From the IMG/VR virus record IMGVR_UViG_3300032242_002920, positions 32,001 to 96,000 of that record: a stretch of 64,000 nt of DNA; one strand, written 5' to 3'. The position numbers and the translations under genes are program-made. The stretch comes from a virus. Every line of letters begins with the position of its first letter. Position 1 is the stretch's first letter. The notes beneath the pieces were generated by a model. That model saw only the letters and a program-made list of their open reading frames with translations, had not been told where the DNA came from and ran no database searches. This document shows positions 30,450 to 41,076 of this stretch, piece after piece.

Positions 30450-32818
30450 GTACGCCATACACTGCAACTGCAATTTTATATTCTAAGGGTGGCGCATCGA
30501 TTGCAAATTCGCCATTAGCGGATAACCCTAACGCATTTTCTAAAAACTTTAGCCACCCAGTTGTTAAACAAAATCACGTATCTACCGGATATGTATCTGG
30601 TACCGATGGTGCAGTTCAAGAATTTTATTTGCCAAGCGATTACGTTCGCGGAGACAAAGTTCCAGATTTAACTGGTTTTCAAGTTTATTTATCAGTTAAT
30701 GATTCTTCAAAACCCATTTCATACGACATTCAACGTTATGAGGATACATTAGCGGAAAGATTAACAGCTAATATTAAAATTACCGCCGTTACTCCTGCTG
30801 GCAGTGGCGGTAGTGCTACCGTTACGTATACAACACAACTTCCTCATTATTTAAAAATTAATGATAAAATTAAAATTTTTGGATTTGTTCCAAATGGATA
30901 CAACGGAACATATGTTATAACTGCCACCCCAAATTCAACTCAATTTACAGTAACTAGCACAGTAACCGACACTGTAACAACTTATGGAGCAATTGCAGGA
31001 TCTTCAATTTTAAGTAAAACCCTTCTTTATCAGAATAAAACTTATTTTGGCGTAGGTCAATTAAATTTGCGTTCTGTTTCAGTTAAAAATAAAATCAATA
31101 AACATCATAGCAGTCATGGTGAATACACTTACAAATGTACTCGAACAACAAAAGGTATTAAAAAAGGAACTTTGATCAGCATTGTTACTGGTACAAAACT
31201 TGATGGAGTTTTTAAAGTAAAATCGGTTACAACAAAACATGGTAAAACTTCTTTTGTTGTTTGGGGTTCAACGTGGAAATCAAAAACACCTTTGCCAAAA
31301 ATTAATGCTAAAACTTGCAAAGTTTTAGTTTGGTCTAGTACTGATCCTACAATCAAAACTATTGCAAACATTCCCGAAGTGCCCGAAGACGTTGATGATC
31401 GTTACGATTCACCTCAAGGATGGACGGGACTTGTTAAAGGAACGGCAAGCGTTGGTTCCGTTACTGGTGATCAATGGTTAGACGTTAAGTTTAAATCTGT
31501 GACAATTGATTCAGATTGGGTAAATCAAAAATTTAAATTGACGATTTATGGAGACGGTATAGATAAAATTTATTATACTGCTCCTAGTCCAATTAACAAC
31601 GTACAAGCTTTCAAAAAATCAACTAATCAACAAATTGATGCTAGTAGTTCTGCAATATTATTTAAAATGCTAGCATCAACTGCCGATTCGGGTACCGACT
31701 TTTTGTCTAACGCTTATAGATCAATTACAGTTAAAAATGAAATCAACAATATTTTAGATTCAGGGTTTAATTTTTGGTCCTCTAAACCAAATCCTTCAAA
31801 GTATGGAGTTGAAAGTCTTTATTTTGATGTTTCTAATAACAGCGGCGATGCAATTATAATTGATTCAATTTTTGTAGACTCGCTAACTCCCGGAGCAAAT
31901 TTTCATGTTTATTATTCAACTGATAAATCTGGTCCGGGAACCGATGAAAATTCTTGGGATCTTCTTTTATGGACTCCAGTTTCAAAAACTTTTACAACTA
32001 ATAAAAAACAAAGTTACGTTTTACCAATTCCTATCACGGCAAAATATGTAAAAATTGAATTTTCTAATTTACAAGCAAGTTATTACGATCCCGGATCTAA
32101 TCATATGCCAATCTTGTATAAAAAATACCCTGAGTGGGTTCTTAATTACTTTATGGCCGTGCACGATCTTATTTATAATAAAACCAATGATCCCATTATT
32201 AGTAGTCAAATTAGCGTTGAGTACGACACAATTGGATTAGCTTATTATTATTATAAGGGAGACATTTTACAGGTTGCCGATCAACCAGTTACCATTGAAA
32301 CAACTAATGCTCAAAATAACATTGTGACTGATTTGTTAAAAAACGCAAGTGTTAATTTAACAGATTACGACGCAATTAGTTTAAGAAACATTAATACGTC
32401 ATTTGATCAATTTCGTCTTCACCCCGGTTATAATGCCGGAAATGATACCGCAGTTGATAAAGCTGCGACGTTGCAATCAATTAATAATTTTTTTAATTAT
32501 TCAGTGGAGCAAATTTCAAAAACTCAAGCGCAAACAGCAATTGTTTCAACAACTGAGCGAAATCATCTGCTTTTAGAAAAACAAATGCCGGTAATGTACT
32601 TTTATACAACCTCGCGACACGGTTATCGAGAGGCAAAAGCAAAATTTGATAATAACAAAGCGTATTTTGTAAAAATTAAAGAAGTTAAGTTTGAACGTAA
32701 TAACCATAACGTAATTAGTGATAAAGATATTTACAAATTTGCTGCTGGTGATAATGCAAATTTTGAACACTGCGATTTTACTTACGATTCAACAACTGGT
32801 AAGTGGGTTATTCAATGA
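30446..32818 (+). CDS. Baseplate/tail structural protein
   Basis: ATGA coupled; discoidin-like segment (FWSSKPNP...ITAKYVKIEFSNL). Confidence 0.6.
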   Translation: MSTPYTATAILYSKGGASIANSPLADNPNAFSKNFSHPVVKQNHVSTGYVSGTDGAVQEFYLPSDYVRGDKVPDLTGFQVYLSVNDSSKPISYDIQRYEDTLAERLTANIKITAVTPAGSGGSATVTYTTQLPHYLKINDKIKIFGFVPNGYNGTYVITATPNSTQFTVTSTVTDTVTTYGAIAGSSILSKTLLYQNKTYFGVGQLNLRSVSVKNKINKHHSSHGEYTYKCTRTTKGIKKGTLISIVTGTKLDGVFKVKSVTTKHGKTSFVVWGSTWKSKTPLPKINAKTCKVLVWSSTDPTIKTIANIPEVPEDVDDRYDSPQGWTGLVKGTASVGSVTGDQWLDVKFKSVTIDSDWVNQKFKLTIYGDGIDKIYYTAPSPINNVQAFKKSTNQQIDASSSAILFKMLASTADSGTDFLSNAYRSITVKNEINNILDSGFNFWSSKPNPSKYGVESLYFDVSNNSGDAIIIDSIFVDSLTPGANFHVYYSTDKSGPGTDENSWDLLLWTPVSKTFTTNKKQSYVLPIPITAKYVKIEFSNLQASYYDPGSNHMPILYKKYPEWVLNYFMAVHDLIYNKTNDPIISSQISVEYDTIGLAYYYYKGDILQVADQPVTIETTNAQNNIVTDLLKNASVNLTDYDAISLRNINTSFDQFRLHPGYNAGNDTAVDKAATLQSINNFFNYSVEQISKTQAQTAIVSTTERNHLLLEKQMPVMYFYTTSRHGYREAKAKFDNNKAYFVKIKEVKFERNNHNVISDKDIYKFAAGDNANFEHCDFTYDSTTGKWVIQ

Positions 32819-35800
32819 GTTATCAAACTTCTCTTTTAACATATAATCAAGCCAAATTACAAAATAAAGAATTAATATCAGATTATTTTACTGATAGCGA
32901 AGGTCGGTGGCTTAATTACGCTACGTTTGATACTAATCAAAGACTTGATTTAATTAATCAACGTCACACTGATTTAAGAACTTTTTATGGATCTAAATTT
33001 ATTACCGGATACATTGTTGACCTTTCAACAAAAACAATGTCTACTCTTACTGGTAAAACAGTCGGCGGAACTGATTCAAATTCTATTCCCGGTTTAGTTG
33101 GAACGACAAATAGTGGTGAAAGCTGGTCCGTAGATACCGTTCTAACTTATGCAGTCACTGCTAGAGCAATTTCAAGCAATGTTGCAACATTAACAATTGG
33201 AACTCATAATATTGAAGTTAATGACACAATTACTGTTACTGGCATGACCAGTGACACTCAGTTTAATGGAACATTTGTCATTACCTCAGTTGGTTCAACA
33301 ACTATTAGTTTTGTTTTAACTGGAACCGATACTTCTGTTACTGCAAATTTAGGAACTGTGACTCCATCTATCATTAGCCACACAAATGGATGGAAATCTG
33401 TAAAGGTATACGTAGCAAGCGGAAATACAAGGATTATTACTTCAAAGGGTTCTGCTATTGACATTAATAATTATTCATCAAATGCATATATCTCAGCGGC
33501 TCTTCCTAAATTTGATAACAATTTTAGTCTTGCTGATTGTTATATTGAAATTACAACAGATACAAGTACATCGGGATTTGATACAAATCAAACTGATAAA
33601 ATTTTTTTTAATACAGATGGTTATCTTATTAATGATGGAACTACTAATAAAGAATTAAAAATTCCAACTTCTGTTTTAACAAATACATTTAAATCTTCAA
33701 ATACAAATAAAGGCAAAATTACGGGTATCCGTTTTACAATTAAATCAACGACAAATGCATCTTTTCGTTGCTCGGGTATTCGTTGCATTGCATCTACTTG
33801 GAAATACGCCCCAATCGATATTAATACGATTGAAACTGCTGTTGTCAAACCGTTTTCTCCGACCGGTTCTTATCCAGAGTCAATTTTAACTTCAGTTGTT
33901 GGTCTTACCGATACGACTATCTCTGTTTCTGACAGCAGCGATTTTCCAACTACTGGAGTTATTTTAATTGATGCAGAATTTATTAAATACACAACTAACT
34001 CTAGTAACACTTTTGGCGGATTGACAAGAGGTTATTATAATAGCACTAAATCAAGTCATACGAATAACACAGAAGTTACCGGATATCCATATGCATTTTC
34101 AACTAACACAATTGGAAATAACTTACCAAGCACTTGGCCGTCAATTTATAGATCATTTAATGCTGCTGCAAATTTGGAATCAGAAGATCCAAAATTAATT
34201 GATGCAACTATTTATGCAACTATTGATTTGGGCGAATTAGCTGGTTTTGACTCTTCTTCAATTGATGCAAATTCTTTTGCATTTTATTTTAGAAATGGGG
34301 TAAAATATTCGGTTCAAACTGACTTGAATAAATTGACTCAAAGTCAATTAAATTCACAAAAAATTCCCGATTTGATTGCTAAATATGTAGGTAAAAATCA
34401 ATATGATATTTCTATTATTCCGGGAGTAAAGGCTTCTAAAACTTTGCCTTTTATTCCCTTCTCTGGTACTTATCAAGATAACAGTGGGACATATAGTAAT
34501 ACTGGCGGTACGTTACAATCTGGACTAAGCAAAGTTCCCGGTCAGTATGCCGCCACTTCAGCCCGTCTAGGAAGCTATGCTAATACTGCCGCTATTTTAA
34601 CATCTAATATTACAGATTTGGCAACAACTATTGCTGTGACTAATTCATCGTCTTTGCCAAGCTCTGGTAAAGTATTAATTGAATCTGAGATTATTACATA
34701 CACTGGAATTAGTTCCAATCAATTAACGGGCGTTGTGCGGGGAACAAATGGAACAACTGCATCAAGTCACTTGGCAAATTCCTATGTTCTTAGTTATACA
34801 ACTGACGGCGTTTATCAAATTAATTTGGGTGGAATTACTTCTGCCGGATTAACTCAAAAAAATCTTACAGAAATTATAAATTTAAAACAAATATCTTATC
34901 TTGGAACAAAAGTAAGATGGTATAAATCTGATTCAGCATTACCTGACGGAAGCGATGGCATAACATTTCAAATTATTATTTCTGATGAGCTTTCAAATAT
35001 ATTTAAATTTGAAACCAAGCAAAGTTTAAATTATTGGCGAAATAAAACTTTAGTATTTAAATCAACGGCATTGGATGATAAAGTTCAATGCAAATTATTT
35101 GAATTAAAAAATAATCAATTGTATCTTATTTTTGATACAGGTTTAGTAAAAAGCGACCTGTTTCATAGAACAAGGGGAGAGTTTGGTTGGTCGGCAGAGC
35201 TAGAAGACGGTTGCGCTAGAATTAGAAACATTAAATCAGGTGGCGGCATTTATGCCGAGTACAAGAGTAGCCCAATTAATAGTTTTACTCCGGTTAGAGG
35301 CGCACAAATATTTACAAATCAATCAGAAGATTATGAATTAGTTTCTGGAATTACTGCTAATAAGTGGACTACTACCACCGGTACGATTACCTATGAAAAA
35401 AATCCGGACAACACAAGCAAACCAATTTATGTGATTACTAATAATGGTCAAAATGTTTGGCAAGGGTTGCAAACCAATTTGTTTAAAATTGAAAATTTTG
35501 AAGATATTTATATGACATTTGACATTCAAATGCCTTCTGACAGTGGTGGCATCATCGCTTTCTTATATGATGAAAACAATAACAAAATTTTCCGTCTTAA
35601 TGTTCCATCGTTTAATCGCGATAAATGGGATTTTGTAAAATTAATTGCATACAACGATCAGTTTCTTCCCGGTTACTATAAATTAGTTATTGCTCAAAAC
35701 AATTACGACATTGGCACTAGTTGGAAAATTAAAAATATTTCAATTAAAAATAGAGTTCTTAATTGGCATATGAGATCATTTATGAATAACCCTTGGCAAG

Positions 35801-36018
35801 CAGATTCAGAAAATTGGATTCAAAATAAATTAACTAATAATATTCCAATTAATCATTTTACTAAATCAAGTAATAAAAATGATGGAGCATTATTTGCAAA
35901 ATATGGGTCAGGACTTCAAGTTCGCGCTCAAGCAATTAATCCGTATGCAGAAATCACAAATTTTGATGTTCAACCAAGTTATGCAACCTTGGGCAATTTT
36001 GTATGGAGAAACGTTTAA
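32815..36018 (+). CDS. Large virion structural protein with repeated beta modules
   Basis: ATGA overlap at 32815-32818; Thr/Ser-rich with modules shared with the J and sheath proteins. Confidence 0.6.
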   Translation: MSYQTSLLTYNQAKLQNKELISDYFTDSEGRWLNYATFDTNQRLDLINQRHTDLRTFYGSKFITGYIVDLSTKTMSTLTGKTVGGTDSNSIPGLVGTTNSGESWSVDTVLTYAVTARAISSNVATLTIGTHNIEVNDTITVTGMTSDTQFNGTFVITSVGSTTISFVLTGTDTSVTANLGTVTPSIISHTNGWKSVKVYVASGNTRIITSKGSAIDINNYSSNAYISAALPKFDNNFSLADCYIEITTDTSTSGFDTNQTDKIFFNTDGYLINDGTTNKELKIPTSVLTNTFKSSNTNKGKITGIRFTIKSTTNASFRCSGIRCIASTWKYAPIDINTIETAVVKPFSPTGSYPESILTSVVGLTDTTISVSDSSDFPTTGVILIDAEFIKYTTNSSNTFGGLTRGYYNSTKSSHTNNTEVTGYPYAFSTNTIGNNLPSTWPSIYRSFNAAANLESEDPKLIDATIYATIDLGELAGFDSSSIDANSFAFYFRNGVKYSVQTDLNKLTQSQLNSQKIPDLIAKYVGKNQYDISIIPGVKASKTLPFIPFSGTYQDNSGTYSNTGGTLQSGLSKVPGQYAATSARLGSYANTAAILTSNITDLATTIAVTNSSSLPSSGKVLIESEIITYTGISSNQLTGVVRGTNGTTASSHLANSYVLSYTTDGVYQINLGGITSAGLTQKNLTEIINLKQISYLGTKVRWYKSDSALPDGSDGITFQIIISDELSNIFKFETKQSLNYWRNKTLVFKSTALDDKVQCKLFELKNNQLYLIFDTGLVKSDLFHRTRGEFGWSAELEDGCARIRNIKSGGGIYAEYKSSPINSFTPVRGAQIFTNQSEDYELVSGITANKWTTTTGTITYEKNPDNTSKPIYVITNNGQNVWQGLQTNLFKIENFEDIYMTFDIQMPSDSGGIIAFLYDENNNKIFRLNVPSFNRDKWDFVKLIAYNDQFLPGYYKLVIAQNNYDIGTSWKIKNISIKNRVLNWHMRSFMNNPWQADSENWIQNKLTNNIPINHFTKSSNKNDGALFAKYGSGLQVRAQAINPYAEITNFDVQPSYATLGNFVWRNV

Positions 36019-36020
36019 TT

Positions 36021-36482
36021 ATGACTGCGACTATTAATAAACCATCTGTATTACCACCAATTGTTGATTTTACAATTGCCAAAACTGATGACACTAGTTT
36101 TGCTAATTACACATTAAATATTTCTACTCCACAAGGAACTACAAATCAAAAAACTTTTAATCTTGATAATTCTCGTTCTTCTGCGTATTTTATTCCAGAT
36201 GGATCCATTGTTAAACTTACGCCTAAATTTACAATTCCAAACCATAACGGCATTGTTCAATACAAATGGACGTTTGGCGACGGAATTGAAAGTTTAATCA
36301 ATGTTGATCCCTCGGTAACCAATCCCGCTGATTCCGTTTATCATAAATATACATTTACTCCGTTATCATCAATAGCAAATGTTTCTTCTAAAAATCTTTG
36401 CGTTCCCGTACTTTTGACTGCCGTTGATTATTATCAACGAGTAATTCATTGTCAAAAAATTATCTACCCTCAGGGTACTTAA
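36021..36482 (+). CDS. PKD/Ig-like small structural protein
   Basis: YKWTFGDG...VYHKY PKD signature. Confidence 0.6.
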   Translation: MTATINKPSVLPPIVDFTIAKTDDTSFANYTLNISTPQGTTNQKTFNLDNSRSSAYFIPDGSIVKLTPKFTIPNHNGIVQYKWTFGDGIESLINVDPSVTNPADSVYHKYTFTPLSSIANVSSKNLCVPVLLTAVDYYQRVIHCQKIIYPQGT

Positions 36483-38362
36483 TCACCATTTAGGATATAC
36501 ATAAGATCTTCTTTAGTCATTCTTTGACTAATTGCTTGATCAGCGATTGCTCCCTTAAAAATGGCGTCATGAAAACCCATTTTGTCTAGCACAACTTGAA
36601 GTTTTCTATCTTCTACTGAATCTGCCATAAGAAGTGTATAAAAACGCACGGTTTTAAAATTAGATGTAACTCGGTGAATACGATTTTCTCGTTGAGTATA
36701 AGTAGACCATTTCCAAGGCATGTCGTAATGAATGCAAACTGATCCCACTTCCAGATTAATCGAATCTGAGCCTGCGTCAGAAGAAAGGAATACTCTGACA
36801 TTTGGATCTGATTTAAATTTATCCTCGGCTTCTTGACGTTGCTTAGAGGATCCGCCATAGTAAACATATGAAACATTCCATTCTTCTAAATACTTGCGAA
36901 GATCTGGCATTAACCCATCATTAAATGCAGAAAATACTGTTATTTTTTCATCAGGGTGAACTTCTGTAATTAAAGATTTAAGAACTTCTAATTTAGCATG
37001 ATTTTCATTAGTAATTTTATTTGTTCCAATTTTGTCAAGAAGCTTAAATGCGACTTCTGATCCAGATTTATCAACATCCTCTCCTGACTCTAATGCATTC
37101 TCAAATGCCTCATAAGCGGCTGCTGAATTTAACACAGAACTTGGAAGATTACATATCATCTGTAAGATAGTAATTAATGCCAGCGTGTTTATTTCGCCGT
37201 CGTCCATCTTTTGCGCTTCTTTAAGAAAAGCATCATACACATTTCGTTGTTTGTCATTCCAATCAATAAAATATGGTTCTGAAATAACGCTTGGAAACAT
37301 TTGAGCAATGTCTTCATCTAGTTTATCAACTTGATGTACAATGTGCGCCGCTTTGAGACCCATTTTATCCAAATTGTGCCACTCTGCCGGTTTGCCTCTA
37401 TCAAAAAAATCAAAACGTTTTACATATTCGTCTCTGAATTCTTTGACCGTGCCGTAAACAGTTGGATCAATAATGCGTACACAGTTAAAAAAATCTTCTG
37501 GGTTATTTTCAATTGGCGTAGCAGACAACATATATTGCCGTAACTCGGCTCGCTGTTTATCTTTTGACACTTGCGGGGGATGTGTTGAGTATAAACATTG
37601 AATTACACTCTTGTACATCTGGGATGATCTGTTTTTTAATTTGGTAGGCATCTCATCCCAGATGATCAAAACGCGCTTGCCTCCGATTATGTTTTTCAGT
37701 TCCTCTGTATCGACTCTAAATTTCTCATAATTTAAAATAAGCACTTGACGATCAGAAACGGTTTCTGAATAAAGTTTTTCTCTTTTAGGTCTATTTCCCC
37801 GAATAACGGTTGAATCAATTCCTACGAGCCTCTGTAGGCTTCTCTGAGTGTTAATAGTGTTGTGACTCTTTACCACAAACAGGGCTAGATCAAAATTGTG
37901 TTGGTCATAGTGGTATTTGAGTAGCGCTGAAGCAATGACGGTTTTGCCAGTTCCGGTAGACCATTCAACTACTCCTCCTTTAAGATTTTTAAGAAAATTA
38001 AAACCTTGGACCTGAAATGGCAAAAACCCATTTACCGTATTGTCAAATGGAGATTCAATTTTTACTTCCGGAACGACATTAAGTTCATTTTGTTTTTTAA
38101 TGTTTTCTGATGGGTCTTCGGTCCAGATAACTTCTTTTCCCATTTTTTCGCATAATTTAATAAACTTATCAATTTGTAAAATAGAAATAGCTCGATATCG
38201 ACCAATTTCGTTTTCAATTTCATAAAAGAAAGATTCATCAAATGCATTGACAAACCATTGATCAACAAAATCTGGGTGTTTGTCTAAGATAACGAAGTTT
38301 TTTCTAAAATCTTCGCCCTTTTCGTCCATTTCAAAAAGAAGTTCGGATGTAAGCAGTTTCAT
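36479..38362 (-). CDS. SNF2-family helicase
   Basis: STGTGKT, WDEM, LSATPIEN, SDAGSDSINL, QRENRIHR motifs. Confidence 0.85.
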   Translation of the reverse strand: MKLLTSELLFEMDEKGEDFRKNFVILDKHPDFVDQWFVNAFDESFFYEIENEIGRYRAISILQIDKFIKLCEKMGKEVIWTEDPSENIKKQNELNVVPEVKIESPFDNTVNGFLPFQVQGFNFLKNLKGGVVEWSTGTGKTVIASALLKYHYDQHNFDLALFVVKSHNTINTQRSLQRLVGIDSTVIRGNRPKREKLYSETVSDRQVLILNYEKFRVDTEELKNIIGGKRVLIIWDEMPTKLKNRSSQMYKSVIQCLYSTHPPQVSKDKQRAELRQYMLSATPIENNPEDFFNCVRIIDPTVYGTVKEFRDEYVKRFDFFDRGKPAEWHNLDKMGLKAAHIVHQVDKLDEDIAQMFPSVISEPYFIDWNDKQRNVYDAFLKEAQKMDDGEINTLALITILQMICNLPSSVLNSAAAYEAFENALESGEDVDKSGSEVAFKLLDKIGTNKITNENHAKLEVLKSLITEVHPDEKITVFSAFNDGLMPDLRKYLEEWNVSYVYYGGSSKQRQEAEDKFKSDPNVRVFLSSDAGSDSINLEVGSVCIHYDMPWKWSTYTQRENRIHRVTSNFKTVRFYTLLMADSVEDRKLQVVLDKMGFHDAIFKGAIADQAISQRMTKEDLMYILNGD

Positions 38363-38964
38363 TGATCTTGACTAGGTGCTGGCAATCCCGGAGTTTGCAC
38401 AAGTTCTCTTGTTCGAATTAAAATCTTTTCCCACATCTCAGGTGGAGCAACCTCTCTAATAGCTTGAACAAAAGCGTTAAATTGAGTTCTAACTTCGTCA
38501 AGGGCTGCGCCATCGGTTTCTGAATCCATTTTTTCTTTAAGTTGAATTAACGTTGCAACATCTTTGACTTCAACGGTCACATTGTTGTCAAGTAGGGCTT
38601 CAAAGCCTTTTTGAATAGCAACGTCAATATATGCTCGCCTAGAAATGGCTCCGCTAATACCTTCTTCGATGTCCGCCTGAGCCTCTTCCATCTCTCTTGC
38701 AATAATTTGACGAACTGCCGCTTCTTCGTAATTAAGATGGTTTTTAGCATGACGACCAATAGAAGAACGACTAATATCAAAAATACGAGCGATCTCGGAA
38801 TGACTTGTTCCGAGCGCAATCATGCGATCAATAGCTTTAGCAAAATCGCTAGAACAAACTTTGCACCTTACGTCTCTGTAAGAAAGGTTAGATGGCGTAA
38901 CGGGTGCAACTGCATTTGAGTTGTTATTTGAATTTGATTGATTGGGTTTATTAAATTGCGGCAT
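38359..38964 (-). CDS. HTH DNA-binding protein with CxxC
   Basis: CKVC...SHSEIARIFDISRSSIGRH helix-turn-helix. Confidence 0.6.
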   Translation of the reverse strand: MPQFNKPNQSNSNNNSNAVAPVTPSNLSYRDVRCKVCSSDFAKAIDRMIALGTSHSEIARIFDISRSSIGRHAKNHLNYEEAAVRQIIAREMEEAQADIEEGISGAISRRAYIDVAIQKGFEALLDNNVTVEVKDVATLIQLKEKMDSETDGAALDEVRTQFNAFVQAIREVAPPEMWEKILIRTRELVQTPGLPAPSQDQ

Positions 38965-39437
38965 TATCTGTAATAGCTCGCGCCATTCTTCTTACGCTGA
39001 TCGGGACTGTTAACTTTTCGACCTTCTGGATGAGTTCGATTATAAATGCCAGCAACAATAGATGGGTCGGGGGTACCCAAAGAGTTATAAATCTCTCTAC
39101 GCCTTCTTTGATAAAGGTGTTCTTCAAAAAGAATTGGCGCATCCCCTTTAATGCCTTTTACTTTGCCTTCGCCCTTAAACCACGTATGATTGTTTTTGCA
39201 CTTGTATTCAGGAAAATCAATAATTAACTCGTTTCCCTCTTCGTCCTGTACGGTTTGATGCGCAGTTTTAGAATTACCTGTCACAATTCCTTCGCATTCA
39301 CATTCTCTGCAAATTTCTCTTTTAGCATCTTCTCTTAAAAAGTCGTCGGCTAATTGTCCTAGTTGGGTATTAGTATACTTTCTACCCTCTTCATATTCAA
39401 GGCCCTCTTCGTAATTATTCCATCTATTATGCCACAT
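38964..39437 (-). CDS. Hypothetical protein, probable Zn-binding
   Basis: CREC...CKNNH; translationally coupled within the operon. Confidence 0.55.
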   Translation of the reverse strand: MWHNRWNNYEEGLEYEEGRKYTNTQLGQLADDFLREDAKREICRECECEGIVTGNSKTAHQTVQDEEGNELIIDFPEYKCKNNHTWFKGEGKVKGIKGDAPILFEEHLYQRRRREIYNSLGTPDPSIVAGIYNRTHPEGRKVNSPDQRKKNGASYYR

Positions 39438-39810
39438 TGTTTTCTACCTGCTCTTCTGCAAAATATTTGTCAGTTAATTGCATCATTGCTTGCTCAACAT
39501 ATTGACCAACTGAAACCGTGGTAATACCCATAATTTCAGCAACTTCTTTTTGTTTTTTGTCAAGAATAACATTGTAGTAAACGGCCTCTCTCTTTCTTGC
39601 TGAAAGAGTTTCAAGACCATCGTGCAAATCCCATAAAGAGATGCTGAGAGTGTGCTTTGTTCTACTGCCATCTTCATTCTTAGTCCAGTAAGAATGCTCT
39701 ATAACGTGCGTTCCTTCTCTGGTAAAAATTTGTTTAAATTCATAGTAATGCCTATACACTTCTCTTAGAATTCTATGCTTTGGAATTGGTTCACTTAGTT
39801 CTTTTTTCAA
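39427..39810 (-). CDS. Sigma-70 region-4-like transcription factor
   Basis: LSARKREAV...KQKEVAEIMGITTVSVGQY region-4 HTH. Confidence 0.7.
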   Translation of the reverse strand: MKKELSEPIPKHRILREVYRHYYEFKQIFTREGTHVIEHSYWTKNEDGSRTKHTLSISLWDLHDGLETLSARKREAVYYNVILDKKQKEVAEIMGITTVSVGQYVEQAMMQLTDKYFAEEQVENNVA

Positions 39811-40336
39811 TTTTATATCCTAGTGCTGTAAGGCCAACTGCAAACGCATCGCTATGATCAAATACTTTTTTCCACTCTGGTTTAAAACGTTCTGTAGATG
39901 GAAGAAGCTCGATGACGCCGTTTCTAACGGCGACTTTTGTTGCTGTTCCACTACCACCAATGTTTTTCTTTACTGTTGATGCTGCAATTTGCTTAATTTT
40001 GATTCCACTTTGTATTGCTACTACCTGCACCGCTGTAATGGCAGTCATGGCCTTTTGTCTGTGGATGACATTTCCTACATTTCCTCCAGTTGGAGGAACA
40101 ATTTCATTAGCTATTATATCAGGTTTAAAAAATTTAATCAAATCGTTTGAAGTATGCGCCCAATATTCAATAATTCTAAGTTTATGATCCTGATAAGTTT
40201 CGCCCTCTAATTTTTCTACGCCTTTAATGCCTGAAGATGGGTAAGATTCTATTCCTGATGTAATTTCCTTAGGTCCAGTTTCAAGCAAAGCATAGCCCAT
40301 TCGATCAGCGCCGGGATCAAATGCTAATACTCTCAT
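39791..40336 (-). CDS. ruvC: RuvC-like Holliday junction resolvase
   Basis: MRVLAFDPG, IANE, VKKNIGGSGTATK, DHSDAFAVG. Confidence 0.85.
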   Translation of the reverse strand: MRVLAFDPGADRMGYALLETGPKEITSGIESYPSSGIKGVEKLEGETYQDHKLRIIEYWAHTSNDLIKFFKPDIIANEIVPPTGGNVGNVIHRQKAMTAITAVQVVAIQSGIKIKQIAASTVKKNIGGSGTATKVAVRNGVIELLPSTERFKPEWKKVFDHSDAFAVGLTALGYKIEKRTK

Positions 40337-41076
40337 TCTGACCCTCTAATCGGTAGCTCCCAAGTTTCTGCCGAATTTGGAATATTTCCGTTATCCAAAC
40401 AATCGCTTACATATTGCCATTTATCATAAATGGTATCAATTAGTGGTTGATTTTTATTAAAAATAAACTCTTTAAATTCGTGCGGAGAGTCTTTATTGAT
40501 ACAGAGAACAATTGTTCTTTCAAGATCGAAGAAATCCATATAAATATTCATTTGACATTCATACTTAGCAGCAGACCAATCTGGAAGTGTAGTTCTTTTA
40601 AAATCAAAGCTACCCATTGTTTTAAAATCAACAAGAAATTCGCCTTGACCGGGAATAGTTACCGGGGCAACATCAGCAGATCCTCTACACCAGTGATATG
40701 CCTTAGGCTTACCGTTTTCTTCTGCCCAAATTTTTTGACCCGGACGTTCAATAGCATCAGGCGTAGCGTATCCAAGTTGATTGACGACGATCTCTTGAAG
40801 ATAACCGTGCCAAAAATGACCAACTTGAAAAGTTTTACGCAACCCTCCTCCAATGGAATCTTTTTCAACGGCACCAGTTGCTTTGTCAAATAACTCTCTA
40901 GGACTCAGTGTGCAATCTCCGGATGGGTGCCATGCGTTATCTCCGGTTTTTGGTTCATACTTATAAGTCCATTCAAAATCGCCTGCCGATTCAATAACGC
41001 GGTCAAGGTGTACTGCTAATTTTGTTTTAGTAACAAGTTTGCGAGCCATGCTATGTTTTGTAAGTTTAATCGCCAT
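40333..41076 (-). CDS. Cas4-like PD-(D/E)XK exonuclease
   Basis: HPSG, GHFWH, GSAD, LVDFKT, QMNIYM. Confidence 0.75.
   Translation of the reverse strand: MAIKLTKHSMARKLVTKTKLAVHLDRVIESAGDFEWTYKYEPKTGDNAWHPSGDCTLSPRELFDKATGAVEKDSIGGGLRKTFQVGHFWHGYLQEIVVNQLGYATPDAIERPGQKIWAEENGKPKAYHWCRGSADVAPVTIPGQGEFLVDFKTMGSFDFKRTTLPDWSAAKYECQMNIYMDFFDLERTIVLCINKDSPHEFKEFIFNKNQPLIDTIYDKWQYVSDCLDNGNIPNSAETWELPIRGSE

Noticed and set aside
40333-41076. Cas4 as part of a CRISPR system
   Set aside because: No array or other cas genes; stand-alone Cas4-like nucleases are common in phage recombination modules.
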